A stretch of DNA of 64,000 nucleotides from positions 54,932,001 to 54,996,000 of the forward strand of contig OZ286469.1 in NCBI GenBank assembly GCA_965644265.1. The letters are read 5' to 3'. Position 1 is the stretch's first letter. The number at the start of each line of letters is the position of its first letter. Under the pieces are notes generated by a model. It saw only the letters and a list, made by a program, of their open reading frames with translations. It had not been told where the DNA came from and made no database searches. The DNA comes from Glycera tridactyla. Its lineage: Eukaryota. Position numbers and translations under genes: made by a program. This document shows, in pieces, positions 48,314 through 60,351 of this stretch.

Positions 48314-49492
48314 AAGAGTTCCGGTTAAGATGGCGATCGTCTCGCACGGCACGTGGCTTCTGGCACAGTTTTGAGGCCTGGATTATGCTATAAAGTGGAT
48401 GATCGATGTCTTATGTCTTGTCAGCCTTTGGATTGATGCACAAGGATTATTGTTAGCCCCTTTAGATGGATTATCATCGGATAGTTATCTCAACATAGGG
48501 TGTTGATTATCCCAGGATTGGATGTTGCACATGTTGGGACTGCAGTGGTGGTGCTGAGTGGGGGCTGGTGAAGTGAGGCTATCAGCGAGTTGGTGGGCTC
48601 CTCCTGGTGGGGGCCAGGAGCATTGCCTAGCTCGTGGGGGCTCATGGGAACAGCACAACACACAAGGATCATCAGGCAGCGCCGTTCCAGTTGGGGTTTT
48701 CATCATGTGGGACATCTAACTGGATATCCACTACCATGGACTGATTGGACACTGTAGGTAATTTTGTCACAGCTATACAGGCTACAGCACTCGGTGAAGG
48801 AGCACTTTTGGTGAAGGTTTTTTACTCAGGAAGGACATGGCTATGGCTGGTTTTACATTTCATAGACTTATTGGTCTTCTCTGAAGCACCCCCTTTGGTA
48901 CTAAGGTGAAGGACATCTATTTGCACAGACTTTAATCAGACTCTTGGAGACAATCCTGGAGCACGGGTTCGTGGTACTGGTGCACACTCAGCTACAGCTT
49001 TTCTGCTTATTCTGCTTATTCGCCCTGCTTATTTGCTTACTCGCTTTGCTTACCTGCACCGCCTCTATGCACTGAACATCTATACTTGAGTAACCGCTAC
49101 TCAGGTGTCTGAAGGTGGTGTAAACCCTGGGCTGGCTTAACCTGGTATTCGCTCACTTTGTAACAAATAACATGTCATGGACTGATGGCGGACTGTTTAT
49201 ATGACCTAACCTGAGGTGGTGGATCAACCAATCATCATATCATATCATATCATATCATTGTCTTTGATCCTGCTGCCGTTATTGTTATTGTTACCACAAC
49301 ATGGAAAGGACTGTGTAGTATTGTATGGACGATAGTGTAGTTTCTATAGATTTGATCCTAAGAGTGTATATGGTCACTGGTTGAAGAGACAGCATATTTG
49401 GGGTTCCTCTGGGAGGTAGAAAGCGGGTTGTGCCACAATCCTGGGGGACAACGAAAAGGCTCAATCAGCGACACAGAGGAACAGGAAGGACG

Positions 49493-50874
49493 ATGCCAAG
49501 CTTCAGGCTTGCAGAGTGGGGGGAGTTCAGCTCAGCTTATGCGGTGATAGTTGCGCTGGAGGAGGCGGAGCTACAGATAACTGCGAAGCCAGTTGGAGAC
49601 ACGTACATCATCTCCGCAAAAGACGATGTCACGACACAGCATCTTCGGGAACTGACGGAACTAGACGGGAAACCTGTGACCCTGACAGAGGAATGGTGGC
49701 CATGAGGGTCCCGAAAGACGTACCGGACTCGGCGCTAATACGGAAAGTGGAACAGATCACAAAGGCGGAGCGGATCATGGGGACCGATATGGAGTCAAGG
49801 GAAAGGTACAAGACTACAAGTGTGAAAATCTGGATACAAGGAGAACCGCCAGCAGAAATCAGCCTGGGAGCGCTGGGGACGTTTCCCACAAGATTGTTCA
49901 TCCCGGAGCCGACCCGCTGTTACAGGTGCCAGCAATACGGTCACACACAGAGGGAGTGCCGTCGCTACGCAAGGTGTGGCTTCTGCAGCGAACGACACCC
50001 AACCAGAGAGTGTTTGGAAAAAGTGAAACAGGAAATGGAAGTAACGCTCAAGTGCATCAACTGCGGGGGAGAACACTCAGCCAGGTCAGCGGTATGCCCG
50101 ATCTACATGAAAAAGGCAGAGGAGACAAAAAAGCGGTTCCTGGCATCATGATCTCGGATCGGATCAGGGGCAGAAGCCCCTCCGCCAGCCCCTCCCCCAG
50201 GCATGGACAACACGCACTACCCGGGACTTCAGAGACAGCAACAGCAGCAGCGACAACAGCAACAAGAGCAACGACAGCACCTTCAGCAACAACCACCACT
50301 GCACCCACCGCAGCAAGCGGCCCAAGATGCTCAACCGGCATGGGGGCTTGGGGCGAAGGAAAACACCATGCCAATGGTACCACAGGGAGAACCGGTGATA
50401 GTGTTGACGCTAGGCACACTGAGAGGTCTGCTGGAAGGCATTGCAGCCATGGTGCTGACAGTGATGAAGGAGCCGGATGCAGGCCCAGCAGTGATAGAGA
50501 CGGTGGTGAACAGCCTCGCCACAACAATCATAGAGCAAGGACGAGATTTGGGAACAACAGTAACAGAGCCACCCGAGGCGTCAGGAACCCAGGTACCAGC
50601 AATACAGGCACAAACTCAATCAGGAACACCTCTGGATGCCAGGATAGAGGAGGAGAAAGAAAGGATGAAAGTGGAGGGCAGGAGGGGCACGAGAAGGAGG
50701 AGGAGCTCGAGTTCCAATTCCAGTCAGGACGAAGACAAGCCAAAACACCAAAGGCCAAAGAGGGGCACCCCCACGAAAACCGAAGTGCCAATGCCCCAGA
50801 GGGGGCAGGAGCAGCAGGAGGAAGGTCACCAGGATCAGGAGTTCATGGAGGTCAATGGAGACCCGGTGAAGTGA
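49493..50874 (+). pseudogene. Element C ORF1, three CCHC knuckles; frameshift near 49690 and in-frame TGA at 50149-50151
   Basis: CYRCQQYGHTQREC, CGFCSERHPTREC, CINCGGEHSARSAVC; 211-aa and 223-aa ORFs share one frame. Confidence 0.85.
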
Positions 50875-50996
50875 ACTACACTGGTGTAGCAGCAGGGATG
50901 GACGGACTGGTAAGACGACTCACGGGAAGACTACAAGACCCATGGAGCCCGGGAGGGACACAGGTTGAGGAACAACCAGTGCCCCCCCTCGGCTCA

Positions 50997-53900
50997 ATGG
51001 TGAACATCCTTCAGTGGAATGTGCGAGGAATGCGGAACGCCGAAAAACGAGCCTATATTACAGCCATGATCCTACAGGACAAACCAGAAGTTGTCATTCT
51101 GCAAGAAACCAACCTCGAGATAAACTCCACGTTCACTCTGAGTGGTTACAGGCTGTATCACAAGGCAGGAACAAGGGGTCTTCTCACTGCAGTCAAAGCC
51201 ACTATTGAATCCTGTGAGGTGCTTGGAAACATACCTGCTGGACCAGGGGTGGAAATTCAGGCGACTGATCTCAAATTGAAAAGTGGACCTCTCAGGGTAT
51301 ACAATATATACCGGAACTGCAATCCAAATAGGCAGGCTCATCTGACTCCACGTCAACTTCTGGCATCAGCACAGCAACAGCGATCAGTCGTGGGCGGTGA
51401 CTTCAACGCTCACCATCCTCTGTGGGGGTCCCCAGTGGGTGGCAGGAGATGCAGGACTGGGGAACAACTGGCCCAAGAGTTGGAGGATGGTACAATGGTG
51501 GTCCTGAACACAGGAGAGGCCACCCACAAGGATGGGGGCAGACTTGACCTCACGCTGGTCACCGCTGATATAGCCCCTCTGGCAACTTGGAGGGTGGACA
51601 CGTCAATGGTCACGGATCACTGGGCAATAAAGACCGCAATCCACATGAGCCAGGTAGACCCGCCCGCCAGACCCGCTAGAAGGAACTTTGAGAAGGCCGA
51701 CTGGGAAAAGTACAGAGGCCTCCTGGTTGACCAACTCGCAACGCTTGAGCCACCTTTGGATCTGGACGAATACGAGGAAAGCCTAGCTACAATCATCAAT
51801 GCAGCGGCAGACGCTTCAATCCCCCAGTGCTCCGCCAGAAACACAGCAAGGACTGATCACTGGTACGCCACGGATCGAGTACGTGAACTGAGAAAAAGGG
51901 TCAACCAACATGGAAAGCTCCTCAAGCACCATCACACAGAGGAAAATAAGAGGAGGCTCCAAGAGGTGCAGCAACATGCGGAGAGAGTTGCCAGGGAGGC
52001 CAGAGTTTGTAAGTGGATGGAATGGTGTGCCTCTTTCAGCCACAGCACGAGCCTGTCGGTCATGTGGTCAAAACTAAGGAAGGCAGCAGGTGGTTCCTTG
52101 CAGCGGCCGCACCTACCGAATCCTCAGGACACAGCCAACCAACTCATAGCAGAATTTGTGGAGAGGTCCGCCTCGGACCAACTTCCAAGGACAGCTAGAA
52201 CAGAGATGCACAGGCTACAGCCACAGAGGGAGAGGGACACAACAACCGCCATAGGCACCCCTGATCCAATGACGGACAGGCCTTTCACTGCAGGGGAAAT
52301 GGGAAGGTCTTTCCGTTCAGCGAACACGTCGCCTGGCCCAGACGCCATCTCACACCAGATGATAACAGAGGCAGGGATCGTGGCACATGATGCACTATTG
52401 GAGTTAATGAATCACTCGTATGAGGTGGGCAGGCTACCAGTGGCATGGAAAGCGGCGGACATCATCGCTATACCCAAGCAAGGCCAGACAGGGAAGTACA
52501 GACCAATCTCACTTCTTTCCTGCTTGGACAAGCTAATGGAGAGGATGACCTTGAACAGGTTGAACTGGAGGCTCGGGAGACCGCACACCCACATTTTAGG
52601 CTTCAAGGAAGGATCAGGCACAACGGACGCCATTGCAGCCTTTCTCACCAGGATCACCCAATCAAACGGACCATCAGCAAAGTATGTGGTGTTTCTTGAC
52701 CTGGAGAAGGCTTTTGAGCTAGCCAGTCCTGTCGTGATCACGAGCCTGCTGGTGAAGCGAGGCGTGCATGGAAAGCTGCTGGGCTGGGTGACTGACTTCC
52801 TGAGCAGAAGAACGGCTAAAGTTAAGTTCCAAGGCACCCTGTCCGAAGTGAAAGAATTCGAGAACGGCACCCCGCAAGGATCGGTTCTGAGTCCAAGGTT
52901 GTTCAACATACTCATGGAGGAGATAGTCTCCCAGCCGCTACCGGGTGACGCTGCTGTATACAGCTATGCAGATGACCTGGTGGTGGTCACGTCTGGAGAG
53001 GATGCCTTGAACATGGCAGCGCAGTCCCTCAGAACCATCCATGAAACTGTCACTCGCTTGGGGCTAAAGATTTCACCTGAGAAAACAAAAGCCATGGCCT
53101 TTGGGACCCCGAACCCAGCTCGCTGTCTTTCTCTGGGATGCACTGAAGTAGAGTGGGTTCAGGAGTACAGATACCTAGGCATCATGGTAGACAGGGCTGT
53201 CTCTTTCAAGAATCATGTGTCTCTCATCAGCGCCTGGATCAAGAAACGCCTGAACCTCATGAGGGCGATGACGTCGAAGAAAACCGGAGCGACGGCCGAA
53301 GTGCTCAGGACTTTCTATATGGCAAGCATCCGCTCCATTATAGATTATGCTGCTCCCGCTCTCATTCTGGCAGATTCAACGCAGGTGGGAGTCCTGAACA
53401 AGCTGCAAAACATAGCCATGCACTGCATCTTGGGCGCGCCTGGATGGACAAGGATTGAAACTATGCAAAAAGAAACGGGGCTCGTCCCAGTGGACTACAG
53501 GATTCAGCAGAGAGTGGCCAGCTTTGCCGTGAGAACACTCACCACGTCAGACGAATCTCCGGTGAAGCAAGTCATTCTGACCGCAATCAGGGAGCAACAG
53601 GCTTTCAACAGGTACTGGCCAAACAAAGTGAGGACCATTCTGACCACCCGGGCGCCCCAAGGGGAAACCTTGATGACAGAGGACGCGCCAGTCATACCAC
53701 GCCGCCCTCCATGGGAAGACCCCCCAGGAACCTTCATCGTGGTTTGCCCGGAAGCAGGAAAGAGAAACACAGCACCGGCAGTGCTAGCCAGAGATGCTAA
53801 TGTTAGAATAAAGGAGTTGAATGCACACACAGATGGGGTCTACTTCACAGACGGGTCAGTGTCACCCACCACTGGCAGGGCGGGCGCAGGAGTTGTAGAA

Positions 53901-54722
53901 ATTGTGCGTGTGGCACGGGACCATGCAACAGAAACAGTGATGACAGAGATGGCAATCAGGACTACGGATAATGTCTCCTCAATGCAGGCGGAATTGGTGG
54001 CCATTAATGGGGCCCTCACCATGGCCACACAGAAGCAGCTACGGGAGATAATCATTCACACGGACTCACTCTCCGCGATACAAGCACTACGGCAACACTG
54101 GCCTAGGGACAACAGAGAACTGGTAACTACTGCTCAGAGCAAGGCAAATAGACTTTTGGAAGGTGGAGGGGATGTCACATTCCACTGGATACCAAGCCAT
54201 GTTGGAATACCGCTAAACGAGAGAGCAGACACAGTGGCCCAGGCATCCCTGTCGCTGCCCCGTGTGTCAGTCAGGACACCAACCAGTTGCAGCAACTTGG
54301 TGAAGAGGTACAAAGATAGAGTGGAAGCACAGTGGAAGACTAAGGTAGACGCGCTGGCGCCTAGCTCCCCATCTATCAGGTGGCACAGAAAGGCAACTGG
54401 GGACAAGACTATCCGTATCCCCCGGACAACCCCAAGGCAGGGGGAGGTGGCCATATACAGATTGAGGTTAGGATATAGGTGTAGTTGGGAGATAGCAGGA
54501 CCAGTAGATAAGGAATGCGACATGTGCAGCGAAGAAACTGACAAGCCTCTCGCTCATTTTGTTGCAGAATGTGGAGCCACTAGGAGGATTTTTGGAGACC
54601 AGATACTGCAGGAAGGCGATATTCTAGACAGAGCGATGCGCAAAATTAGGAGAGCTTGTGACAATGTACCAGTCTTAGCCCGCCAACTCCTTGCCCACCA
54701 GCCCCCCGTTAATTGGAAGTAA
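50997..54722 (+). CDS. Element C ORF2: APE + RT + RNase H + C-terminal CCHC-like motif, 1241 aa from MVNILQWN, open
   Basis: QWNVRG, LQET, GDFNAH, TDH; YRPISLL, GTPQGSVLSP, YADD; FTDGS, AELVAI, HTDSLS, WIPSHVGIPLNERAD; CDMC..H..EC. Confidence 0.95.
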   Translation: MVNILQWNVRGMRNAEKRAYITAMILQDKPEVVILQETNLEINSTFTLSGYRLYHKAGTRGLLTAVKATIESCEVLGNIPAGPGVEIQATDLKLKSGPLRVYNIYRNCNPNRQAHLTPRQLLASAQQQRSVVGGDFNAHHPLWGSPVGGRRCRTGEQLAQELEDGTMVVLNTGEATHKDGGRLDLTLVTADIAPLATWRVDTSMVTDHWAIKTAIHMSQVDPPARPARRNFEKADWEKYRGLLVDQLATLEPPLDLDEYEESLATIINAAADASIPQCSARNTARTDHWYATDRVRELRKRVNQHGKLLKHHHTEENKRRLQEVQQHAERVAREARVCKWMEWCASFSHSTSLSVMWSKLRKAAGGSLQRPHLPNPQDTANQLIAEFVERSASDQLPRTARTEMHRLQPQRERDTTTAIGTPDPMTDRPFTAGEMGRSFRSANTSPGPDAISHQMITEAGIVAHDALLELMNHSYEVGRLPVAWKAADIIAIPKQGQTGKYRPISLLSCLDKLMERMTLNRLNWRLGRPHTHILGFKEGSGTTDAIAAFLTRITQSNGPSAKYVVFLDLEKAFELASPVVITSLLVKRGVHGKLLGWVTDFLSRRTAKVKFQGTLSEVKEFENGTPQGSVLSPRLFNILMEEIVSQPLPGDAAVYSYADDLVVVTSGEDALNMAAQSLRTIHETVTRLGLKISPEKTKAMAFGTPNPARCLSLGCTEVEWVQEYRYLGIMVDRAVSFKNHVSLISAWIKKRLNLMRAMTSKKTGATAEVLRTFYMASIRSIIDYAAPALILADSTQVGVLNKLQNIAMHCILGAPGWTRIETMQKETGLVPVDYRIQQRVASFAVRTLTTSDESPVKQVILTAIREQQAFNRYWPNKVRTILTTRAPQGETLMTEDAPVIPRRPPWEDPPGTFIVVCPEAGKRNTAPAVLARDANVRIKELNAHTDGVYFTDGSVSPTTGRAGAGVVEIVRVARDHATETVMTEMAIRTTDNVSSMQAELVAINGALTMATQKQLREIIIHTDSLSAIQALRQHWPRDNRELVTTAQSKANRLLEGGGDVTFHWIPSHVGIPLNERADTVAQASLSLPRVSVRTPTSCSNLVKRYKDRVEAQWKTKVDALAPSSPSIRWHRKATGDKTIRIPRTTPRQGEVAIYRLRLGYRCSWEIAGPVDKECDMCSEETDKPLAHFVAECGATRRIFGDQILQEGDILDRAMRKIRRACDNVPVLARQLLAHQPPVNWK

Positions 54723-55059
54723 TGAGAGACAGCGTTGATTTGGACTTATTGACGTTATTGGAGTTATTGTTATTAAGGAAGGCTGTAGTTCATGAATTAA
54801 CTTGTGTAAATCGAAGCAACGCGGGTGAACGCACACACTGACATTCAGCTGAGAGTCGTATTGGCTATTGTGGACCACGTGACGAGAAGCAACGCGAGAG
54901 AACACTCACGCATGGACTTCATACTTATTGATTTAATTTGTTTGATGATACTGTTGGATACTGGAACTAACGGACTTACCAGACAAGGGCCAGTCTAAGA
55001 CAGTGGCCCGTCCCCCCCTTGAAGATTCAAGCCCGGGGAGAACCTACAACCAACCAACC

Positions 55060-57879
55060 TTCATTCCAAAGTTTTGGTCCCCAGTGCCTGAAAGATCCTT
55101 CTGATTGTTTTAATCTGGGAACATAACTTTCTAGATACTTCCTTTTTACCTGTCTAGTACTATACATGTGCTTAGTTTCTTTGTAGGCACACAGGGGAGT
55201 ATATTGTGGGTGAATATCCTCTACGAGAATTCTATTCACATGTATTAGGGTATGACACCGTCTGCGATGGTCTAGGAATGGCATATTTAATGTGCTATGT
55301 AAATCGTTTGTTCTGGCTCTGTAATCACTCTGGGTTATGATTCTTAATGCTTTATTTTGTACTTTTTGTAATTTAGAAGCATCTGCCACTCCCAGGCCAT
55401 CATAGACCATGTCACAGTAATCAAACACTGGAAGGATGAGGGCTCTGTACAGCATCAGGGCAGTATTTTGATTAATAATGCCCCTGAGTCTGCCCAGTAC
55501 CCCCACCCTTCCAATGGTTCTAGCTCTAATATACTCTGCATGAGAAGAAAATGTTAGACAACTGTCCAGAATGATTCCTAGATATTTAAATTCAGGTACT
55601 ATGTCTACATCTTGCGAATCGACACTCACCCTAATATTGGTTCTTTTTACTTGCATGCGTGTACCAAATATCATTACTTTGGTCTTACGGAGATTGAGAC
55701 TTAATTTATTTCTTTTCAGCCATTTGCTGATGTTTTCCAGAGAATTTTCCAATTTTTGTTTCAAAACTATAGAATTTTTGTCATTGACAAGTACCGCTGT
55801 ATCGTCCGCGTAGAGGTTCACACTGGGTCCCTGCATAAAGTGACTAATATCATTGACATATATAGAAAATAGTAAGGGACCCAGTATGGACCCCTGCGGG
55901 ACTCCACAATTTATCACACGCTTGCTAGAGAACTTTCCATTAGATTTGACTTGGCAGTGCCGATCTCGCAGATAGCTTTTAAACCATTTGATGCAAATAG
56001 CATCTGCACCATAATACCTCAATTTTCTCAAGAGAATATCATGGTCCACCGTGTCGAATGCCTTCTTCAGGTCCAGGAAGATCACTCCACTGGTATCACC
56101 ATTTTCTATGTTCAGATATATTTTATCAAGAAACTCCAACAAACATGTACCAGTGGAGCAACCTGCCCGGAACCCTGATTGCTCCCGACACAGTAGACCA
56201 TGACATTCAAAATATGCAGAAACCTGTTGGTGTACCAACTTTTCAAGAAGTTTGCTCACGGTAGATTGTAAACTTATAGGTCGATAGTTAGATTCATCGG
56301 CACGTGAGCCTTCTTTGTATAGAGGGACAATGGAAGCCAATTTCCAATTGGTAGGAAACTCTCCTGTGGTGATACTAAGATTGAAAATATATACTAGTAA
56401 TGGGGCTATAGTCTATTTGCAGTTTTTGATTATCCTCGCAGGCAAACCATCATCCCTTCCTGATTTGCTCACGGATAATTTTTTAATCACAGTCTCAACC
56501 TGGTCCTGGTGAATTTCTCTCAATTTCAAACAAGAGTTTATGTTATAGGGAAAGTCATGTAAAGGGTCCAGCCCGTCACTAGTTATATTGTTACTTAGGT
56601 TCAGTCCTATACTACTAAAGTGAGAGTTCAGTTTATCAACAATTTCCTCTGGGTCGGTTGAATTCCCAATTTTCACAATGTCTATTTGACTTTTTTTATT
56701 CCCCCAAAATTCGTTTATAGTGTCCCACAATTTGGGTTCATTGCAATATTGTTCAAATGTCCCCTCTATATACTGTCGTTGCAAAGTTCTTTTCATGTTT
56801 TTACATTGTCTTTCAATTTCTTTCTTTTGTTGTTTGTTTTCATCAGTATTTGACAATCTAAATCTTTTGCTGGCATTCTCACGTGACTTGACTAGGTCTA
56901 GGTATTCCCCATTTAGCCATTTTGGCCAATTCTCATATACCTTGTGCCTTTTTAGCGGAATATGTCGGTCTAAAATTTCATTAAGTTTAGTATGCAAAAT
57001 TGCTACACATCTCTCAACATCACCACAGGTGTACACTTCCTCCCAATTTACTTTTTCAATTTCAGAGTTCAAGCGCTCATAGTTAATATTTTTGTAATCT
57101 TTAAAAAATATGAAGTCAAACTTCTTGGAAACTGGTACTTTTTTGCGAGCGACTACAATAAGACTGTGGTCAGACAGGCCACAGTGTAATACCGCATGCT
57201 GGTGATAGAGGTCTTTATTATTTACTACTACATGATCAATGATGGTCTTACTCGTGGTGGTGATTCTGGTGTCACTATCGATTAATTGAATTAAATTATT
57301 GTTTTTTAACATATTTTTGTAGGACTTACATGTCATTGCATTTTTATAATCCAGATTTACATCACCTATTATCAAAATGTCACAAACTGTTGTCAAACTC
57401 AAGTCTATTGAGTTTTTTTCTAACCAATCAATAAACACACCAGTAACACCATCAGGAGGCCTATAGACTGCACATAAATACACTGGTCTTGTGTCTGGTA
57501 GTATCAATTTTAGCCACATGGCTTCAATATCAGGGCAACATATCACACGATCGTCGAGTATTTCCAGAACTCTCTTATTTTTCACATAAATCATTAATCC
57601 TCCACCTCTCACCTTTCCACTCTCTCGAGTTCTATCAGATCGTATAATATGGAATCCAGGTATAAACAATTCTGCATTTTCATGCTTTTCTGACAGAAAA
57701 GTTTCTGCCAAAATAAGAATATCTAGATCACTTTGTGCCAATAGAATTCGGATTTCATCAATTTTTGATATAACTCCCTTAATATTCAGATAACCAATTT
57801 TGACCCCTTTCAAACTTTTTACATCTAGTGCTGAGTTCAATTGTCTTGTCATACTCTTTTTAATAATATTATTTACCAT
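55060..57879 (-). pseudogene. Element B ORF2 (APE-RT), main part; single in-frame TAG at 56413-56415; interrupted by element C
   Basis: 488-aa and 437-aa ORFs are in one frame (..IIKNCK*TIAPLLVYIFNLS..); [14 protein letters not shown]. Confidence 0.93.
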
Positions 57880-58987
57880 CGTCTCATGTGAATGAAGGTA
57901 TGAATGAGATGAAATGAGATGTTGACTTATGTCGCTAATTTAATTAGCTCAATTTGTCAAGATATGACGGAGGGTGTGCTGGATCAACTTACAAATGTAT
58001 GTGCAGACACCAGTCATAAAGGAGTAATTTATCTATTTAATTATATCTATTCATATATTACAGAACTGTAGATATTTTATAGTGTCTCAAATTCAATCGG
58101 TAAGGCACTCTGCCGAAGATGATTAAATTTCAGGGTATCTAAACAGAGTTGAACATCAATGTGATTGCTGTCCATATGGACCATAAGTAGCTACAATATT
58201 TACACACATTCGATTCTATTTCGAACACCAATTATGATTTTATGAAATTAACTGATCGCTGATGTAGGCAATGACAATGAAAAAGATGAAAATCCGAGTT
58301 TTCAAAGGCTAATAATACCCATCTGATTGATGTACTCACATGTTGCCCAGCCACTTATCCATCTAGGAAATCATAGGCAATAACATTAGGATAATAGTGG
58401 AGAGCACTACTCTGAAAGTCAGAGAATCAAGCAGTTCCATTCTAAATATTGAAATAGAATGTAAAATAAACTATACTGCACCCTTTGAGAAGAACAAGTA
58501 TCAGAAAACAACTTTTTCAATGTTATTTGTTTCAATCTGTTTATGGTGTCTTCTCATTTCATTTCGTGGTAGCTTGTTTTGTAGTGTTCCATGACAGGAG
58601 TAGGAACCCAGAGTACCAGAAATTCAATGATTTTCACACTCATATACAGTATACTCTACACATATCTTGATACATCTATATTCACCACATAATCATTTGA
58701 TATTTATCCTCTCAATTTGCCAGCCTGTGACTATTTATGTTAAAGTTGTGACAGATTTGACATATGAGATGATAAAATATATATACCATATATATGGCCC
58801 TCATTGTAGAGACAGATCAGATTGATACAGGCCTTTGTGTGTGTTCCGCGACAGGTGTAGGAACCCACTTTTGCCTTCTCAACAGATCTATCTCTTCATT
58901 GAGGGTCATTAACATTCAATACATGAATATTTTCAATAGTAATTGTAGACATTGCATTCATTTCAATCATGACAATTTATGCAGTGT

Positions 58988-60285
58988 TTATACAGGATTT
59001 TCCTTGTTTGATTTGTTGGGTAAGCAATTTGAATACCAATCATCAAGTATTGGTGGGATTACTGACATGCACAAGGCCATATTCCCATTCTTGCTGAAGT
59101 GGACCTTATCTTCAATAAACATCCCACATAAAATTTCCCCAAATTTACAAGGTTTCTTGTACACTTTCTTTTTCTGTATATACCCCCACCTTTGTTGATT
59201 GGTTCGTTGCTTCCTGACATACAAATGATGAATGTTGATTGTTCTGATTGCCAAGCTTGAATATGGTAGGTTAAACCTGCGTCTCAGGTAGTTGTCAATC
59301 CAAATTGACAGTGCTTTCGACTCATCAAACCAGCTGGGTCTCCATGCAATCTTTACATGACAACAAACAACATCTGGGAACAATTCCATAAATAGGTAGA
59401 CCACTCTATCAATTTGAGATAATAGGTTAGTATAAGCCTCATGTAATACAATATAACATTGGGATCTCATAAGCCTTGGATCACGAATGCTATTTTGGAT
59501 TGCCCTGAGTTTTTGGTTGGCCTTATCCACGTCATTCGAGCCTAGAATGAATATCAGATAATTTGGGGTGATGTTGCTTGACTTGATCTTTGCATACGTA
59601 TTTCCATAAAGCCTTTCCTTCTTTTTGCCATCTTTGTATTCGAAAAACGTCCCTGAATTTCTTCTGCAAATGTTAGCCATTTGGCCCCACTAATGCCCCA
59701 GAGGTCCCAGTGACTCAGTACTTCCCTTATGTCCTGGTTAGGAAGCTCCTTCTGAATGTAACGTTTGAACCTCCACACATGGCTACTCCCCACGACCAAA
59801 AAGTTGGGTACTCCGTATTCCTCTATTAATTGTCGTCGTCGATACACTGGGCAACTATCCCTGTTTAACACCACGCGATCGGTTGCCACTCTCTCAGCAT
59901 GTTCAGGTATTTTCTGTATGACATAAAAGTAAAACAATCATGTAAGTACTGTCAAAGAATAATTTAGCTATACGGGGATGAAAACGCTATTTATTTACAT
60001 ATTCATAGGCAATGGTTTGTTTGGTTTATATATTTATTTTCATTCGATCCCGGTAAGCATTGTATGCGAGTGTCATATTTTGTTATGCCAGCTCGACACG
60101 GGCCCAATCAGCTGTTTACAATCCGGCAAGTCAATCCCGATCGAAATCACGCGGTGATATAGAAACTTATCATATTTTCATCAATTCGGCCACGAATGTG
60201 TTATGTAGTCTCTCACCTGGTTCTTGAAACCTTCGTTGAAGTTCTTCTTCCGTATTTGTGTTATTAAGTTGGCTAGTTTCAACAT
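58988..60285 (-). pseudogene. Element B spliced SGNH esterase (exon 60285-60217, intron 60216-59914, exon 59913-58988); 1-bp deletion near 59633
   Basis: exon 1 MLKLANLITQIRKKNFNEGFKNQ|GTGAGA; acceptor ttttatgtcatacag|AAA; GSSH, GISG, LGSND, DKVH; frameshift located by alignment to A (NT-x-DGKKKERLYG vs [13 protein letters not shown]). Confidence 0.85.
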
Positions 60286-60351
60286 TATGAGTGAATTTGT
60301 CGCGAAATTTTTCGGGGTTTCCTAGCTCTTCGAGGACGGTTATTGATGACG

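Larger units (their letters stand above)
48314..55059 (+). mobile_element. Element C: I-group (I/Nimb-like) non-LTR retrotransposon, gag-like ORF1 + APE-RT-RNase H ORF2
   Basis: 11-bp TSD TTCATTCCAAA at 48303-48313 and 55060-55070; 3' (CAAC)n tail; AAGATGGCG at 48327. Confidence 0.93.

Noticed and set aside
49926-50996. N-terminal 357 aa of the 1598-aa ORF
   Set aside because: Alternative frame over element C ORF1 and spacer; recognisable APE sequence begins at MVNILQWN (50997).
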